Shown here one piece after another: positions 45,666 through 55,520 of a stretch of 64,000 nucleotides of DNA. The stretch's first letter is position 1, and each line of letters starts with the position of its first letter. Below the pieces are notes generated by a model, which did not search any database, was not told the origin of the DNA, and saw nothing but the letters and a program-made list of their open reading frames with translations. Source of the stretch: Candidatus Poseidoniaceae archaeon (GTDB lineage Archaea; Thermoplasmatota; Poseidoniia; Poseidoniales; Poseidoniaceae); assembly GCA_949372645.1 (NCBI GenBank), contig CASIAP010000011.1:159006-223005 (forward strand). The letters run 5' to 3'. The position numbers were made by a program, and so were the translations under genes.

Positions 45666-47021
45666 ATGGTTGATGCTCCCACCGCTGGCCAACGGGTGAA
45701 AGTTGAGGTCAACAGCCACAATGGCCGAACAAGTATTGAAGGTGTTGCTCTTCATCCAGCAGCTAAGAATCATGTGTCTGTTAAACTTGTAAATGGCTAT
45801 AATGCAAGTTACCCACTGGAAGATATTCTCTCAATTGAAATCCTCGGAACAATCAAATCACCTGAGATTTCGACATCTTCTGCACCCGCCATCGATAAAT
45901 CACTACCCCGTGTTCGAATCCTCCATACAGGAGGCACAATTGCATCGAAAGTCGACTATACAACCGGAGCTGTCGTTGCTCGATTTGAGCCTGAAGAATT
46001 AATTGCAGCTTTACCTGAACTTTCTGAACTTGCCAACATCGAAGCAGTAAAACTTGGAAACATGTTCAGTGACGATATTCGCCCACAACATTGGAACGCC
46101 ATCATACAGGCATCAAAGCAAGCCTTTGATGATGGGTGTGCAGGTGTTGTAGTTACCCACGGCACAGACACCTTGCATCTTTCATCAGCGGCTTTGAGTT
46201 TTGCTTGGGCAGGAAAAGGAGAAACTCCACCTGGTCCAATTGTATTTGTGGGATCACAGCGTTCTTCGGACCGTGGTTCTTCGGATGCAACTGAAAATTT
46301 GCTTTCTGCTGTGCATTGGGCTGCGAATGCTCCTGCTCCTTGCGGTGATGCTGGAGATGGAGTCGTTGTAGTCATGCACGCATCCAATAACGACGGAGCG
46401 TGTGCTGTCTATCCAGGAATTGGTGTTCGGAAATTACATTCCTCTCGTAGAGATGCATTCAAACCGGTCAATTGTGAAGCACTTGCACTGATTTCTATTG
46501 AGAATGGAGAATGTAACCACGCATTGGAAGAGAGATACCAAGCAGCCCTTGATGAGCAGAAATCTCGACCGATCTGCCGACATCCAACCAAGTATGAAAC
46601 AAGTGTTCGAATTGCACAATTTGTTGCAGGTCCTTGGCTCCACTCTGAAGAAATTGAAGCTATCGTATTGACTGGAGTTCAAGCAATCATCATTCAAGGA
46701 ACAGGACTCGGCCACTTACCAATCGACGACCCTGCCAAAGATGCTCCTGAAAATACTAAACTTTGGCGCGCTCTTACCCGCTGTATTAATCGTGAAATCC
46801 CGGTCGTTGTAACAAATCAATGCATCCATGGACCCGTTGATATGAATGTATACTCCAAAGGCCGTAAGCAAATAGAAATGGGAATCCTTGGACATGGTAG
46901 CGTTGCAGCACCTGAAACCGTGGTCGTCAAGGTCCACTGGGCACTTTCAAACGGGATGAAAATCGAAGAGGCAATTACTGCAAACCTTTGTGGTGAAGGA
47001 AACAATTTGCTTCGTTCATGA
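45666..47021 (+). CDS. gatD: Glutamyl-tRNA(Gln) amidotransferase subunit D
   Basis: Asparaginase-type motifs HTGGTIAS and THGTDT preceded by the GatD-specific N domain. ATG 45666 preferred, because the track start 45594 (TTG) begins only 7 nt after the tRNA end (45587). Confidence 0.88.
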   Translation: MVDAPTAGQRVKVEVNSHNGRTSIEGVALHPAAKNHVSVKLVNGYNASYPLEDILSIEILGTIKSPEISTSSAPAIDKSLPRVRILHTGGTIASKVDYTTGAVVARFEPEELIAALPELSELANIEAVKLGNMFSDDIRPQHWNAIIQASKQAFDDGCAGVVVTHGTDTLHLSSAALSFAWAGKGETPPGPIVFVGSQRSSDRGSSDATENLLSAVHWAANAPAPCGDAGDGVVVVMHASNNDGACAVYPGIGVRKLHSSRRDAFKPVNCEALALISIENGECNHALEERYQAALDEQKSRPICRHPTKYETSVRIAQFVAGPWLHSEEIEAIVLTGVQAIIIQGTGLGHLPIDDPAKDAPENTKLWRALTRCINREIPVVVTNQCIHGPVDMNVYSKGRKQIEMGILGHGSVAAPETVVVKVHWALSNGMKIEEAITANLCGEGNNLLRS

Positions 47022-47058
47022 GCGCTTGAATGAAAAACCGGCAAGAGGTGGAGATGAT

Positions 47059-48621
47059 ATGGCAGGGAATTCGAGTGAACGCCTCGAGGAACTCCAATAC
47101 AAGCGTGAGCAAGCTCGCCTCGGTGGAGGATTGAAGCGTCAAGAAGCAATCCGTACCAGTGGCAGAGGCACTGCCCGTGACCGAATAGGCTTACTCCTTG
47201 ATGAAAACTCTTTCATCGAAATTGACTCTTTCGCAACCCATCGCTCAACAGATAACGGCATGTTCCTCCACCATACTCTCGGTGACGGTGTGGTTGCTGG
47301 TCATGGAACGATTAACGGACGTCGAATATACTGCTTTGCTCAAGATTTTAGCGTCCATGGCGGGAGCATGGGGGAAATACATGCCAAGAAAATTGCCAAG
47401 ATTATCGAAATGGCAGAACGTGTAAAAGCCCCTATCATCGGCATGTGGGACGGTGGCGGTCAGCGAGCTCACGATGGAATTTCTGCGTTAGCCGGTACGG
47501 GTGAATTATTAGATCGCTTAGTCCAATGCAGTGGCAGAGTGCCAATTATTAGCCTCGTTCTTGGGCCAGTCGTCGGTGTATCAGCGCTTGCAGCAAGTTT
47601 AGCGGACTTCACTATATTGGGAGAAGAACATGGACAATTATTCCTCTCCTCCCCATTGGAAACCCCTGAAGTCATTGAAGGTGAAATCGATGCTGCTGGA
47701 CTTGGAGGCGCATCACTCCATGCATCACGCTCTGGAATCGCATGCTTAATTGCTGATGATGAAGAAGATGCGTGTAGTTTAGCGGCTGAAATTCTCTCAT
47801 ACTTGCCTGACCACAACATGGCTGACCCACCTCGTGAAGAAACGGCAGATTCACCTGGAAGATTAAATCCAGATTTACAAACACTGGTGCCAGATAATCC
47901 AAACAAACCCTATGACATGGTCAAAGTGGTCGAGGAAATTGTAGACGATGGCATTTTTCTTGAACTTTTTGAAGCCTATGCAGATAATATCATCATCGGT
48001 TTTGCACGCTTAGAGGGCAAAACAATTGGCGTTGTTGGAAATCAACCGAAGGTCTTAGCGGGTTGTCTTGACATTGATGCTTCCATTAAGGCTGCGCGCT
48101 TTATCCGCATCTGTGATTCCTTTAATATCCCATTAGTTACATTGGAAGACGTGCCCGGTTTTTTACCTGGCGTGGTTCAAGAATGGGGTGGGATTATTCG
48201 CCATGGCGCCAAACTTTTGTTCGCATATGCTGAAGCGACAGTTCCCAAACTAACGCTTGTGACACGTAAGGCATATGGTGGTGCGTATTTGGCTATGTCT
48301 TGTAAGCATCTTCAGAGTGATTACAACATCGCTTGGCCGACTGCGGAGTTAGCAGTCATGGGTGCTGAAGGGGCTGTCAACGTCATTCATCGAGCCGAAA
48401 TAGCCAAGGCACCCGATGGTCGTAAAGAAGAAACACGACAACGATTGATTGCTGAGTACAAAGCCAAATTCGGAGACCCTTATGTTGCTGCTCGTAACGG
48501 ATGGCTCGATGATGTTATCGAACCGAGTGAAAGTCGACTCCGATTGTGTCGGGCACTCAAGATACTTCAATCCAAAAGGCAATGGAGTCCACCGAAAAAG
48601 CATGGAAATATTCCACTTTGA
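47059..48621 (+). CDS. pccB: Acyl-CoA carboxylase carboxyltransferase (propionyl-CoA carboxylase beta / methylmalonyl-CoA decarboxylase alpha-like)
   Basis: Two crotonase-like halves with GGSMG and the typical VTRKAYGGAY and ELAVMG segments. ATG 47059 is preceded by GAGGTGGA. Confidence 0.85.
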   Translation: MAGNSSERLEELQYKREQARLGGGLKRQEAIRTSGRGTARDRIGLLLDENSFIEIDSFATHRSTDNGMFLHHTLGDGVVAGHGTINGRRIYCFAQDFSVHGGSMGEIHAKKIAKIIEMAERVKAPIIGMWDGGGQRAHDGISALAGTGELLDRLVQCSGRVPIISLVLGPVVGVSALAASLADFTILGEEHGQLFLSSPLETPEVIEGEIDAAGLGGASLHASRSGIACLIADDEEDACSLAAEILSYLPDHNMADPPREETADSPGRLNPDLQTLVPDNPNKPYDMVKVVEEIVDDGIFLELFEAYADNIIIGFARLEGKTIGVVGNQPKVLAGCLDIDASIKAARFIRICDSFNIPLVTLEDVPGFLPGVVQEWGGIIRHGAKLLFAYAEATVPKLTLVTRKAYGGAYLAMSCKHLQSDYNIAWPTAELAVMGAEGAVNVIHRAEIAKAPDGRKEETRQRLIAEYKAKFGDPYVAARNGWLDDVIEPSESRLRLCRALKILQSKRQWSPPKKHGNIPL

Positions 48622-48622
48622 A

Positions 48623-51430
48623 TCACTGCTTTTGAGTTGCACGCGCCAATAACCCGCCACCGCTTGGAGTTGTGGAAGTGTCTTCTTCAACTTCTATTTC
48701 GACCACTTCGACCGGCAAGTCCGGATATTCTTTGTTCCCCTTACGTAGAAAAACCACGATGCTGACTAACACGATGAGAACAACCAAACTCAATGTTGCA
48801 AGAAGGTTAGCACCAATAGAATCGAGACCATCAGATTCCGTTGTGGGTAAAACTGGTTCAGTTTGAGTTGGTGACATGTTAATCGAGATATAGGCGACTG
48901 TACTGGCACCAATTTCTTCATCAAAGATCGAAACCTTGACTTCAACAGTTCCGTTTTGGGATGCCGGAAGAAGCAACATGGAGAGACAACGATTGGTGAA
49001 GTCTGAAGGATCAAAAACGCATGAATGTGACAGATTTTCAAGAGTCGTCCCATTCACTTGAATTTCGGTCACCTCAGGAATTACCCCATCAGCATCGTAA
49101 ACCCACCACTGCAGACTTGCTGCAGTAGAGTCGATGAGGTTCAGTTCTCGAAGCGTCAAAACCGGTGCATCTGGTGAGGGTAAGACCGTGATGTTCAACG
49201 TCATTTCCACCGTCATCGAGCCATCGGTGATATTGACCGAGGTTAAGTCATCAAAACCAGAATAATCCAAGAAAGGCGTGATAATAAATTGAGAGAAGGA
49301 ACGAATGACGCTTACCGATTGTGAACTGCTGTTTATGGTCCAAAAGAGATTATCTCCATCGAGGTCCCATGCCAGGTCGGAACGATTGAGATACAAACTT
49401 TCATCCTCTGGCAAAGTAAAAGACCAGGCTGATTCATTGACGATAATGTCATCATTTACTGGCTCGACATAAAGAGGTACATCCAGTTCAACCGGCAGAG
49501 TTGTGCCATCACCAACAAGAAGATGGATTACAGTAGCTCCGTTGTGATTTGGAATCGGTGTCATGTTGAGTTGACCGTATGCGAGGGAGAAAGAAACTGG
49601 TCCAAAATTTCCAGTCGACTCCCCACCAATAGTGGCAAACAACATTTCCCCTTCAGGATCTTGCACATAGTCGGACAAATTGAGAAGTATTGAACCACCA
49701 TCTTCGATGAAATTTTGCATCGGAACATCGCTGATTTTGAAGGCGGGGTCATCAACCGGGATAATCTGTAGAAGAGATGTAGCTTGTGCTTCATCAATGA
49801 CTCCACCTCCTCCTGCACGAAGGGTCAACTGAATCTCTGCTCCATTGATGACCTCTCCAGTCACAATGTGGTTCACTGTGAGCCCTCGTTGATCTTCATC
49901 AATGCTAAAGGAGAAATCAGAAACGGATCCACCAACCAATTCTGCTGCCTGAATGAAAACTTCTTGACCATCAGGGTCATATCCGAACAGGGATGCATCG
50001 ACGTGTACACTTCCTCTCTGTTCAACTTGGATATTTGGAACGGGAGACATGAGAACGAGTGGTGCATTCGTCCGAACAAAACCAAATTCCATGGTGGTAG
50101 CTGCTCCTTCGACAAAAACCCTCATTTGTGCAATGTGAGCACCAGGTGCGACATCTTGCATTGGGAAGAGACATCGAGCAGTACCGTTTGCATCAAAGCT
50201 GCCTTCTGTCATGTTCATCCCCAAGACATGGCATTCGATATCAAGATCCCAACCACTGGGCAACTCACCGTATGTTCGACCATCCCTCAAGGTCCAATTT
50301 ACAAATGAATTCACCGTAAGTTGTGGTCCAAAGGTGAAATTATCATCTGGAGCAACCCATGTAGAATTGAATAACAAGAAAGAACTGTCCAGAAGGTCTT
50401 CGACAATATAGGCGCCAGTATCACTTACAACATGCGGGCCAAGTGGTCGGTTAAAGGCAGCACGGAACTCTTCATGGGAGCCGCGGAGAGTCAAGTCGAG
50501 ATATGCATTCACATGCTCTGAAGTGATGGCGTTTTGTTCTTCCTGAGTCAAGGTGGCATCTCCATCATTGAGCCCTTCGAAGAAAGAGGTTGAATCCTGA
50601 TATTGATAGTGATCTGCCCCGAGAACTTGCATAATTTGCCAACCGAGTCCTTCACCTTGAGCGAGTATCGTTTCAACATCAAGTGATGGAGCAACCTCGT
50701 CCGCAGAGCCAGTCAAAAACAAGCTTGCAGCTGGTGACGCTGGTGCATGAATCCAAGTTGAAGGTGCCAAATCGTCCCAGTGTTTCCCATCCCAGTCCGA
50801 AAAGTCAACTCCTAAACCGAACAAAGCGCGTGGAGGCTGTACAAGATCGTGCAACGTAGAATTCATCCAATACGGGTACACTCCGTAGGCTCCCGCAGCA
50901 CCGACTCCATGGCCACCAACCCCCCAATGTGTGAGATCAAACTGACCAAACGAACCTACAACAGGGCCGGAACTGGAATTATTCAATTCTTGGAGGCGCT
51001 CATGAACTTCCACGGTTTGCTCAAGAATTTCATTAAAGTCTGTAGAATCATAGGAGTCTCGATGAACGGCCACAATAAATCCACGCTTTACTAAACGTGA
51101 AGTGAAGTCCATGTATGACTCAGAAGATTCTCCTGAATCGATGAAAAATTGAATGTGAGGGAATGGACCATTCCCTGCCATCTCAGTATTTTCACCATCA
51201 CTCATGGCTGGATAAAGTAGGCGGAATTGATTAGGAGGGAAGGAACTGTACGATAGGTCATCCCACCCGACAGGGAAATCAGTTCCTTGGTGTGGTGTTG
51301 TGAAATTTTGGTCTTCAGAAGGGTGATGTGCAGATACGACAACTGCAAAACTGGGCAATACAAACCCTAGAAAAATCAAAAGATAAACCAATTGTTTTCT
51401 CAAAATCATATTCTGCCCCACTTGCTCCAT
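48623..51430 (-). CDS. Surface protein: signal anchor, degenerate alpha/beta-hydrolase (chlorophyllase/dienelactone hydrolase/PETase-like) fold, cadherin-like repeats, TM anchor
   Basis: 935-aa ORF. N-terminal LVYLLIFLGFVLPSFAVVV; hydrolase-like GPFPHIQFFIDSG..RGFIVAV..GVGGHGVGAAGA..TGSADEVAP..GADH; later VNDD/VDDP cadherin-like repeats; C-terminal helix LLATLSLVVLIVLVSIVVFL. Confidence 0.7.
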   Translation of the reverse strand: MEQVGQNMILRKQLVYLLIFLGFVLPSFAVVVSAHHPSEDQNFTTPHQGTDFPVGWDDLSYSSFPPNQFRLLYPAMSDGENTEMAGNGPFPHIQFFIDSGESSESYMDFTSRLVKRGFIVAVHRDSYDSTDFNEILEQTVEVHERLQELNNSSSGPVVGSFGQFDLTHWGVGGHGVGAAGAYGVYPYWMNSTLHDLVQPPRALFGLGVDFSDWDGKHWDDLAPSTWIHAPASPAASLFLTGSADEVAPSLDVETILAQGEGLGWQIMQVLGADHYQYQDSTSFFEGLNDGDATLTQEEQNAITSEHVNAYLDLTLRGSHEEFRAAFNRPLGPHVVSDTGAYIVEDLLDSSFLLFNSTWVAPDDNFTFGPQLTVNSFVNWTLRDGRTYGELPSGWDLDIECHVLGMNMTEGSFDANGTARCLFPMQDVAPGAHIAQMRVFVEGAATTMEFGFVRTNAPLVLMSPVPNIQVEQRGSVHVDASLFGYDPDGQEVFIQAAELVGGSVSDFSFSIDEDQRGLTVNHIVTGEVINGAEIQLTLRAGGGGVIDEAQATSLLQIIPVDDPAFKISDVPMQNFIEDGGSILLNLSDYVQDPEGEMLFATIGGESTGNFGPVSFSLAYGQLNMTPIPNHNGATVIHLLVGDGTTLPVELDVPLYVEPVNDDIIVNESAWSFTLPEDESLYLNRSDLAWDLDGDNLFWTINSSSQSVSVIRSFSQFIITPFLDYSGFDDLTSVNITDGSMTVEMTLNITVLPSPDAPVLTLRELNLIDSTAASLQWWVYDADGVIPEVTEIQVNGTTLENLSHSCVFDPSDFTNRCLSMLLLPASQNGTVEVKVSIFDEEIGASTVAYISINMSPTQTEPVLPTTESDGLDSIGANLLATLSLVVLIVLVSIVVFLRKGNKEYPDLPVEVVEIEVEEDTSTTPSGGGLLARATQKQ

Positions 51431-51458
51431 CGGTTCATCATTCTAATCGCTTTGGGAG

Positions 51459-52499
51459 TTATGCATATGTTCGAAGGACATTTTCAGCATGGACCAGTTG
51501 AGTTAGAAGCAAACCAATTGAAGGAAGATAAGCGTCGTATTGTGGCGCCCAAAGCCTACGCCATGCCTCTAAATGTTGGGCGACCAACATCCAACGGCCA
51601 TCGAGAGGTGAAGTTAAGAGAGACGTTATCCCAGATTCAATATCACCATCCACACTCTGATAACGAGGATTTAATCGGAGGCTGCAGGATTCAAAGAGTG
51701 GTTTTTGCCGCTCATCTCCATCGAAGTCAACAGCAAAATCGAGTGGGCGATCAGATTCATCAGATTCAAAGTTGAAAGGAAGTTCCAATACCCGTTTCCC
51801 AGGATATAACCGAACTGTGCCACCAACTTCCAACCATGCATCAACAGTGCTGCGTGCTGCACCACCACCTCCAATAACACCTAAAAGCGCCCCGTTTTCG
51901 ACTTGAACTCCGTGATATTGTGCGACTGATACCACACCAAAACCATCAACTCCAGCACACCACCATCCTTTGCCATCCCAACGTAATGCATTAACGGCTT
52001 GAAGTTCCATTGAAGCATCAATACTGGAGACTGCTTCACTCGAAAGTTGATGCTTAAGTGGGGATGTTAAGTTGAGCCAAACTTCGTTCTCTAAAGATTG
52101 GGTTGGAAGATGGTTCGATTTGGCTTGATGTAAAAATGAACGGGATTGGGCTTTTTGAGACTCAAGTTCGGATTCAAAACTGGATAAGAGTCGATGGTCA
52201 GCATCTTCAATGTTTGAAGCGCTTTCAAGAGCTCTTTTGACCAGTGTTTCAGTTCGGAATTTACCAAATGACGCACCAGTATAGTTCCATTGAGGCGTAT
52301 GAGGAGTATAACCTGCATATCCCCAGCCGAGGGCCTCCTCGATGACCGAAGTATCCACTAGATTTAACGATGCATTCTTCATTCGGAATTCGATATTCTT
52401 GCCGAACTTTTCAAGATTGGAAATCACTAACCCGAATAAAAGAGGTGAAAGTGAATGCCCGACAGGACGTCCGCAAATCGCATACCTCACCTGGGCCAT
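51459..52499 (-). CDS. Shikimate dehydrogenase-like protein with a large insertion
   Basis: GRPVGHSLSP, NLTSPLK, GVDGFG, GGGGAARS and DGRWMLVAQ motifs, collinear with AroE. Start MAQVRYAICG (52499) preferred over the track start 52622. Confidence 0.6.
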   Translation of the reverse strand: MAQVRYAICGRPVGHSLSPLLFGLVISNLEKFGKNIEFRMKNASLNLVDTSVIEEALGWGYAGYTPHTPQWNYTGASFGKFRTETLVKRALESASNIEDADHRLLSSFESELESQKAQSRSFLHQAKSNHLPTQSLENEVWLNLTSPLKHQLSSEAVSSIDASMELQAVNALRWDGKGWWCAGVDGFGVVSVAQYHGVQVENGALLGVIGGGGAARSTVDAWLEVGGTVRLYPGKRVLELPFNFESDESDRPLDFAVDFDGDERQKPLFESCSLRLNPRYQSVDGDIESGITSLLTSPLDGRWMLVAQHLEAWRRLWAPQYDAYLPSIGLLLTQLVHAENVLRTYA

Positions 52500-52592
52500 G
52501 GGGAGTGTTGGCCTCCGAAGTTCTTCAACATCATGTATTGAATACCTGTGAAACGGGGCAGAGTTGAAAAAGGAGGCGGTCTTAGCAGAATC

Positions 52593-52967
52593 ATGGAGTA
52601 TGCAACCCAAAGTAAAGGCCAAGGTGTAATTTCTCTCATGACTGCAGGATTAGGGTTGTATTTCACTGCTGCAATGTGGACTGAATTTAATTCAGCTCTC
52701 GGCACCGTATTCGGTGCAGCACCAGGTATAATCTTTGGAACAATTGTGTTTTTATTGTATCAAAGTAAGAAACATGAAAAAGAATTCACGCAAGGTGGCA
52801 ATTACTTGACTTCAGAAGGGACTGCCATTACCCGAGACAGTGAAGGGCGACTACAACAGGTTGAAAGTACCATTGAAAAAGGCCGAAACCCAACCTTTTT
52901 GATTGCTGGATTATATTTTGTACTCATTGTGTTGAGCGAGATCTCCTGGTCTAACCTCCTCTTCTGA
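52593..52967 (+). CDS. Small membrane protein (3 TM), unknown function
   Basis: Start MEYATQSK (52593). Helices VISLMTAGLGLYFTAAMW, APGIIFGTIVFLLY and FLIAGLYFVLIVL. Confidence 0.45.
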   Translation: MEYATQSKGQGVISLMTAGLGLYFTAAMWTEFNSALGTVFGAAPGIIFGTIVFLLYQSKKHEKEFTQGGNYLTSEGTAITRDSEGRLQQVESTIEKGRNPTFLIAGLYFVLIVLSEISWSNLLF

Positions 52968-52976
52968 GGTGATGGC

Positions 52977-53234
52977 ATGGGTGGTTTAAGTGACTTATTT
53001 GTAATGAAGGAACGTATGAATCATGGAACTTCACCGATTATGATTATTCTGGAAAAGGCATCGATTCTCCTCACATTACTCATTATTGTCGCTATTGGGT
53101 TAGCCCTTAACCTTCCCTCTTGGGGAGTTGGATTAATGTTTGGACTCTCCTTGGGTCCGGTTGTATTCGGACATTATTATCTCATCTACATACGTCCGAT
53201 ATTAAAACAGCAAAAGGCGAAAGTTGAAGAATAG
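52977..53234 (+). CDS. Small membrane protein (2 TM), unknown function
   Basis: 85 aa. GAGGTGAT lies 4 nt upstream of the ATG. Helices ILLTLLIIVAIGLAL and VGLMFGLSLGPVVF. Confidence 0.45.
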   Translation: MGGLSDLFVMKERMNHGTSPIMIILEKASILLTLLIIVAIGLALNLPSWGVGLMFGLSLGPVVFGHYYLIYIRPILKQQKAKVEE

Positions 53235-53261
53235 AACCCGTTAGTAGGAGCCAGTGATACC

Positions 53262-53888
53262 ATGTCCTTAATTTCAAATTTTCTTGACCTCCTTGGATTG
53301 GGAGACATTACCGGCATCGATATCCTCTTTGCCCTTATGGCCATCATTGGAACTTTTTTATTCCTCATTTATTTTGCACTCGTCCTTATTGGCGGCGTGG
53401 CTGATGGAGCGCTCGAAATCGCAGGATTTGAAACCGACTTCGATTTGGGGGCTGAAGGAGTATTCCATATGCTCACGATTCAAGGGATCCTGAGTTTCGT
53501 CATGATGTTTGGTATTGGAGGATTGGCAGTCACCCAAAGCGAAGGCTCTAATCTCCTGGCCATCGCAGTTGCAATTGTCTCTGGGATGTCCTCGATGTGG
53601 GTGATTGGGAAAGTCTTCCAAGTCATGAAATCTCTCGAGGTCGATGCAACGGTTCAACATTCGTTATCAATCGGGGCCCAAGGCAAGGTCTACATGGATA
53701 TACGAGCGGGAAAAACGGGTCAAGTTCAAGTTGAATTTCAAAACGCAATGCGGACATGTGATGCTGTTCTTGAAGATGATACCATGAGTTTGAAGACTGG
53801 CAAATTTGTCGAAGTCGTCAAGGCTATTGGTGAAACACTCATTGTCAAGCCACTTTCCGTCTCCTCTGTGATGACTGAAGAAGAGTGA
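53262..53888 (+). CDS. NfeD-like membrane protein (YqiJ-like), partner of flotillin
   Basis: N-terminal TM helices plus a C-terminal OB-like segment GKVYMDIRAGKTGQVQVEF..GKFVEVVKAIGETLIVKP. Located immediately upstream of an SPFH gene, as in yqiJ-yqiK type operons. Confidence 0.65.
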   Translation: MSLISNFLDLLGLGDITGIDILFALMAIIGTFLFLIYFALVLIGGVADGALEIAGFETDFDLGAEGVFHMLTIQGILSFVMMFGIGGLAVTQSEGSNLLAIAVAIVSGMSSMWVIGKVFQVMKSLEVDATVQHSLSIGAQGKVYMDIRAGKTGQVQVEFQNAMRTCDAVLEDDTMSLKTGKFVEVVKAIGETLIVKPLSVSSVMTEEE

Positions 53889-53955
53889 CATCTCTTACAA
53901 TCACCTGTTAGAACAACGGGTGAAGACTCTTAAAGGACGCCACTCATGATGCATC

Positions 53956-55422
53956 ATGGCAGACATTGGCTCTTCGATTGCTCTTATTGGACTCGTTTTA
54001 TTTGGATTAGCAATTTTTGGAACCATTTACGTTGCCACGAGCCGTTACAAACTCGCACCTTCTGACAAGATTTTGGTTGTCTATGGTAACGTCAAAGACG
54101 CTGGAGCAGCGGCATGTTACCACGGTGGTGGTAAAATTGTCTGGCCGTTAATTCAACATTATGCTTACCTTGACCTTAAACCAATGACCATTCGTATTGA
54201 CTTGCAACATGCGTTGTCACAACAGAACATTCGTATTAACGTCCCATCGACCTTTACCATTGGTATTTCGACAGCTCCATCGATCATGCAGAACGCTGCT
54301 GAACGTCTTCTTGGACTTTCTCAGCCTCAGATTGAGGATATGGCAAGTGAGATTATTTTCGGTCAACTTCGTTTGACGGTTGCTACACTCACCATTGAAC
54401 AAATCAACCAAGACCGTGAAGCATTCTTGAGTATGGTCTCGAGTAACGTCGATTCGGAATTGCATAAAATCGGATTGTACCTCATCAACGTCAACATCAC
54501 TGACATCACTGACGAAGCTGAATACATCGTTTCGATTGGTGCAAAGGCCGCTGCTGAAGCAATTGCAGGCGCAACTGGTGACCGAGCAAAAGCACTTCAA
54601 ATGGGACAAATTCAAGTCGCAACAGCGGATTCAAACCGTGAAATTGAAGTTCAAAAGAAAGAATCTGCTGCAATTGCTGGAAAAGCAGAAGCAAAGAAAC
54701 TCGAAAAGATTGCTGTTCAACAAGCAGACTCAGAATCAAAAATGGGTATTGCTGCAGCGGTAAGTCTTGAAGAAATATCTGTCCAAGAACAACAGAAGAA
54801 TGCAATTGAAGGCGTAAACTTGAGTCTTGCTGACATCGCACTTTCAAATGCAGTCCTTGCTGAAAGAGAAGCTGAAGCACGTCAACGCTCTGAAGTTGCC
54901 AAGCGTCATGCACAAGAACAAATCGAAAAAGCACAGTATTCACTCGAAAGCGAGCGTCTTCGTGCTGCAGACATTGCACGTGAGCAGGTTGCTAAGGAGC
55001 AAATCGAAATTGCTGCTGATGCTGAAGCAGGGCGCCAACGTCGTATTGCTCAAGGTCAGGCAGATGCCATTCTTGCAAAGTACAAAGCAGAAGCAGAAGG
55101 TCAACAAGCTGTTCTCGAAGCGAAAGCGGCAGGATACAAATCTCTCGTTGCCAGTGCAGGTGGAGACCCTAAAGCAGTTGCAACTCTTTTGATGGTTGAA
55201 AAGGTCGAAGAATTAGTGGCACGACAAACTGAAGCAATCTCGAACCTCAAGATTGACAAGATCACAGTCTGGGATTCAGGAAACGGTGGCAACAACGGTG
55301 AAGGTGGGTCAACTTCCAACTTCATCTCCTCTTTGATGCAAAGCCTCCCTCCAGTCCACGATGTTGCCAAGATGGCTGGAATAGAATTGCCAGCTTACCT
55401 TGGTGAAATGAAGGACGAGTGA
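53956..55422 (+). CDS. Flotillin-like SPFH/band-7 protein
   Basis: N-terminal hydrophobic hairpin IALIGLVLFGLAIFGTIYV, an SPFH domain, and a long A/E/Q-rich coiled coil typical of flotillins. 488 aa. Confidence 0.85.
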   Translation: MADIGSSIALIGLVLFGLAIFGTIYVATSRYKLAPSDKILVVYGNVKDAGAAACYHGGGKIVWPLIQHYAYLDLKPMTIRIDLQHALSQQNIRINVPSTFTIGISTAPSIMQNAAERLLGLSQPQIEDMASEIIFGQLRLTVATLTIEQINQDREAFLSMVSSNVDSELHKIGLYLINVNITDITDEAEYIVSIGAKAAAEAIAGATGDRAKALQMGQIQVATADSNREIEVQKKESAAIAGKAEAKKLEKIAVQQADSESKMGIAAAVSLEEISVQEQQKNAIEGVNLSLADIALSNAVLAEREAEARQRSEVAKRHAQEQIEKAQYSLESERLRAADIAREQVAKEQIEIAADAEAGRQRRIAQGQADAILAKYKAEAEGQQAVLEAKAAGYKSLVASAGGDPKAVATLLMVEKVEELVARQTEAISNLKIDKITVWDSGNGGNNGEGGSTSNFISSLMQSLPPVHDVAKMAGIELPAYLGEMKDE

Positions 55423-55520
55423 AATACACTCGTGGTGAACTTCACCAGGTCGTAAAACCGTCTCTTTGCACCTTGTGCGCGCCGAGGGGTTCAAAGCCAA
55501 ATCGAGCCGCATGGATGCTC

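Noticed and set aside
54506-54979. 157-aa Leu/Gln-rich minus-strand ORF inside the flotillin gene.
   Set aside because: It is the antisense reading of the Ala/Glu/Gln coiled-coil codons, so it is a compositional shadow.
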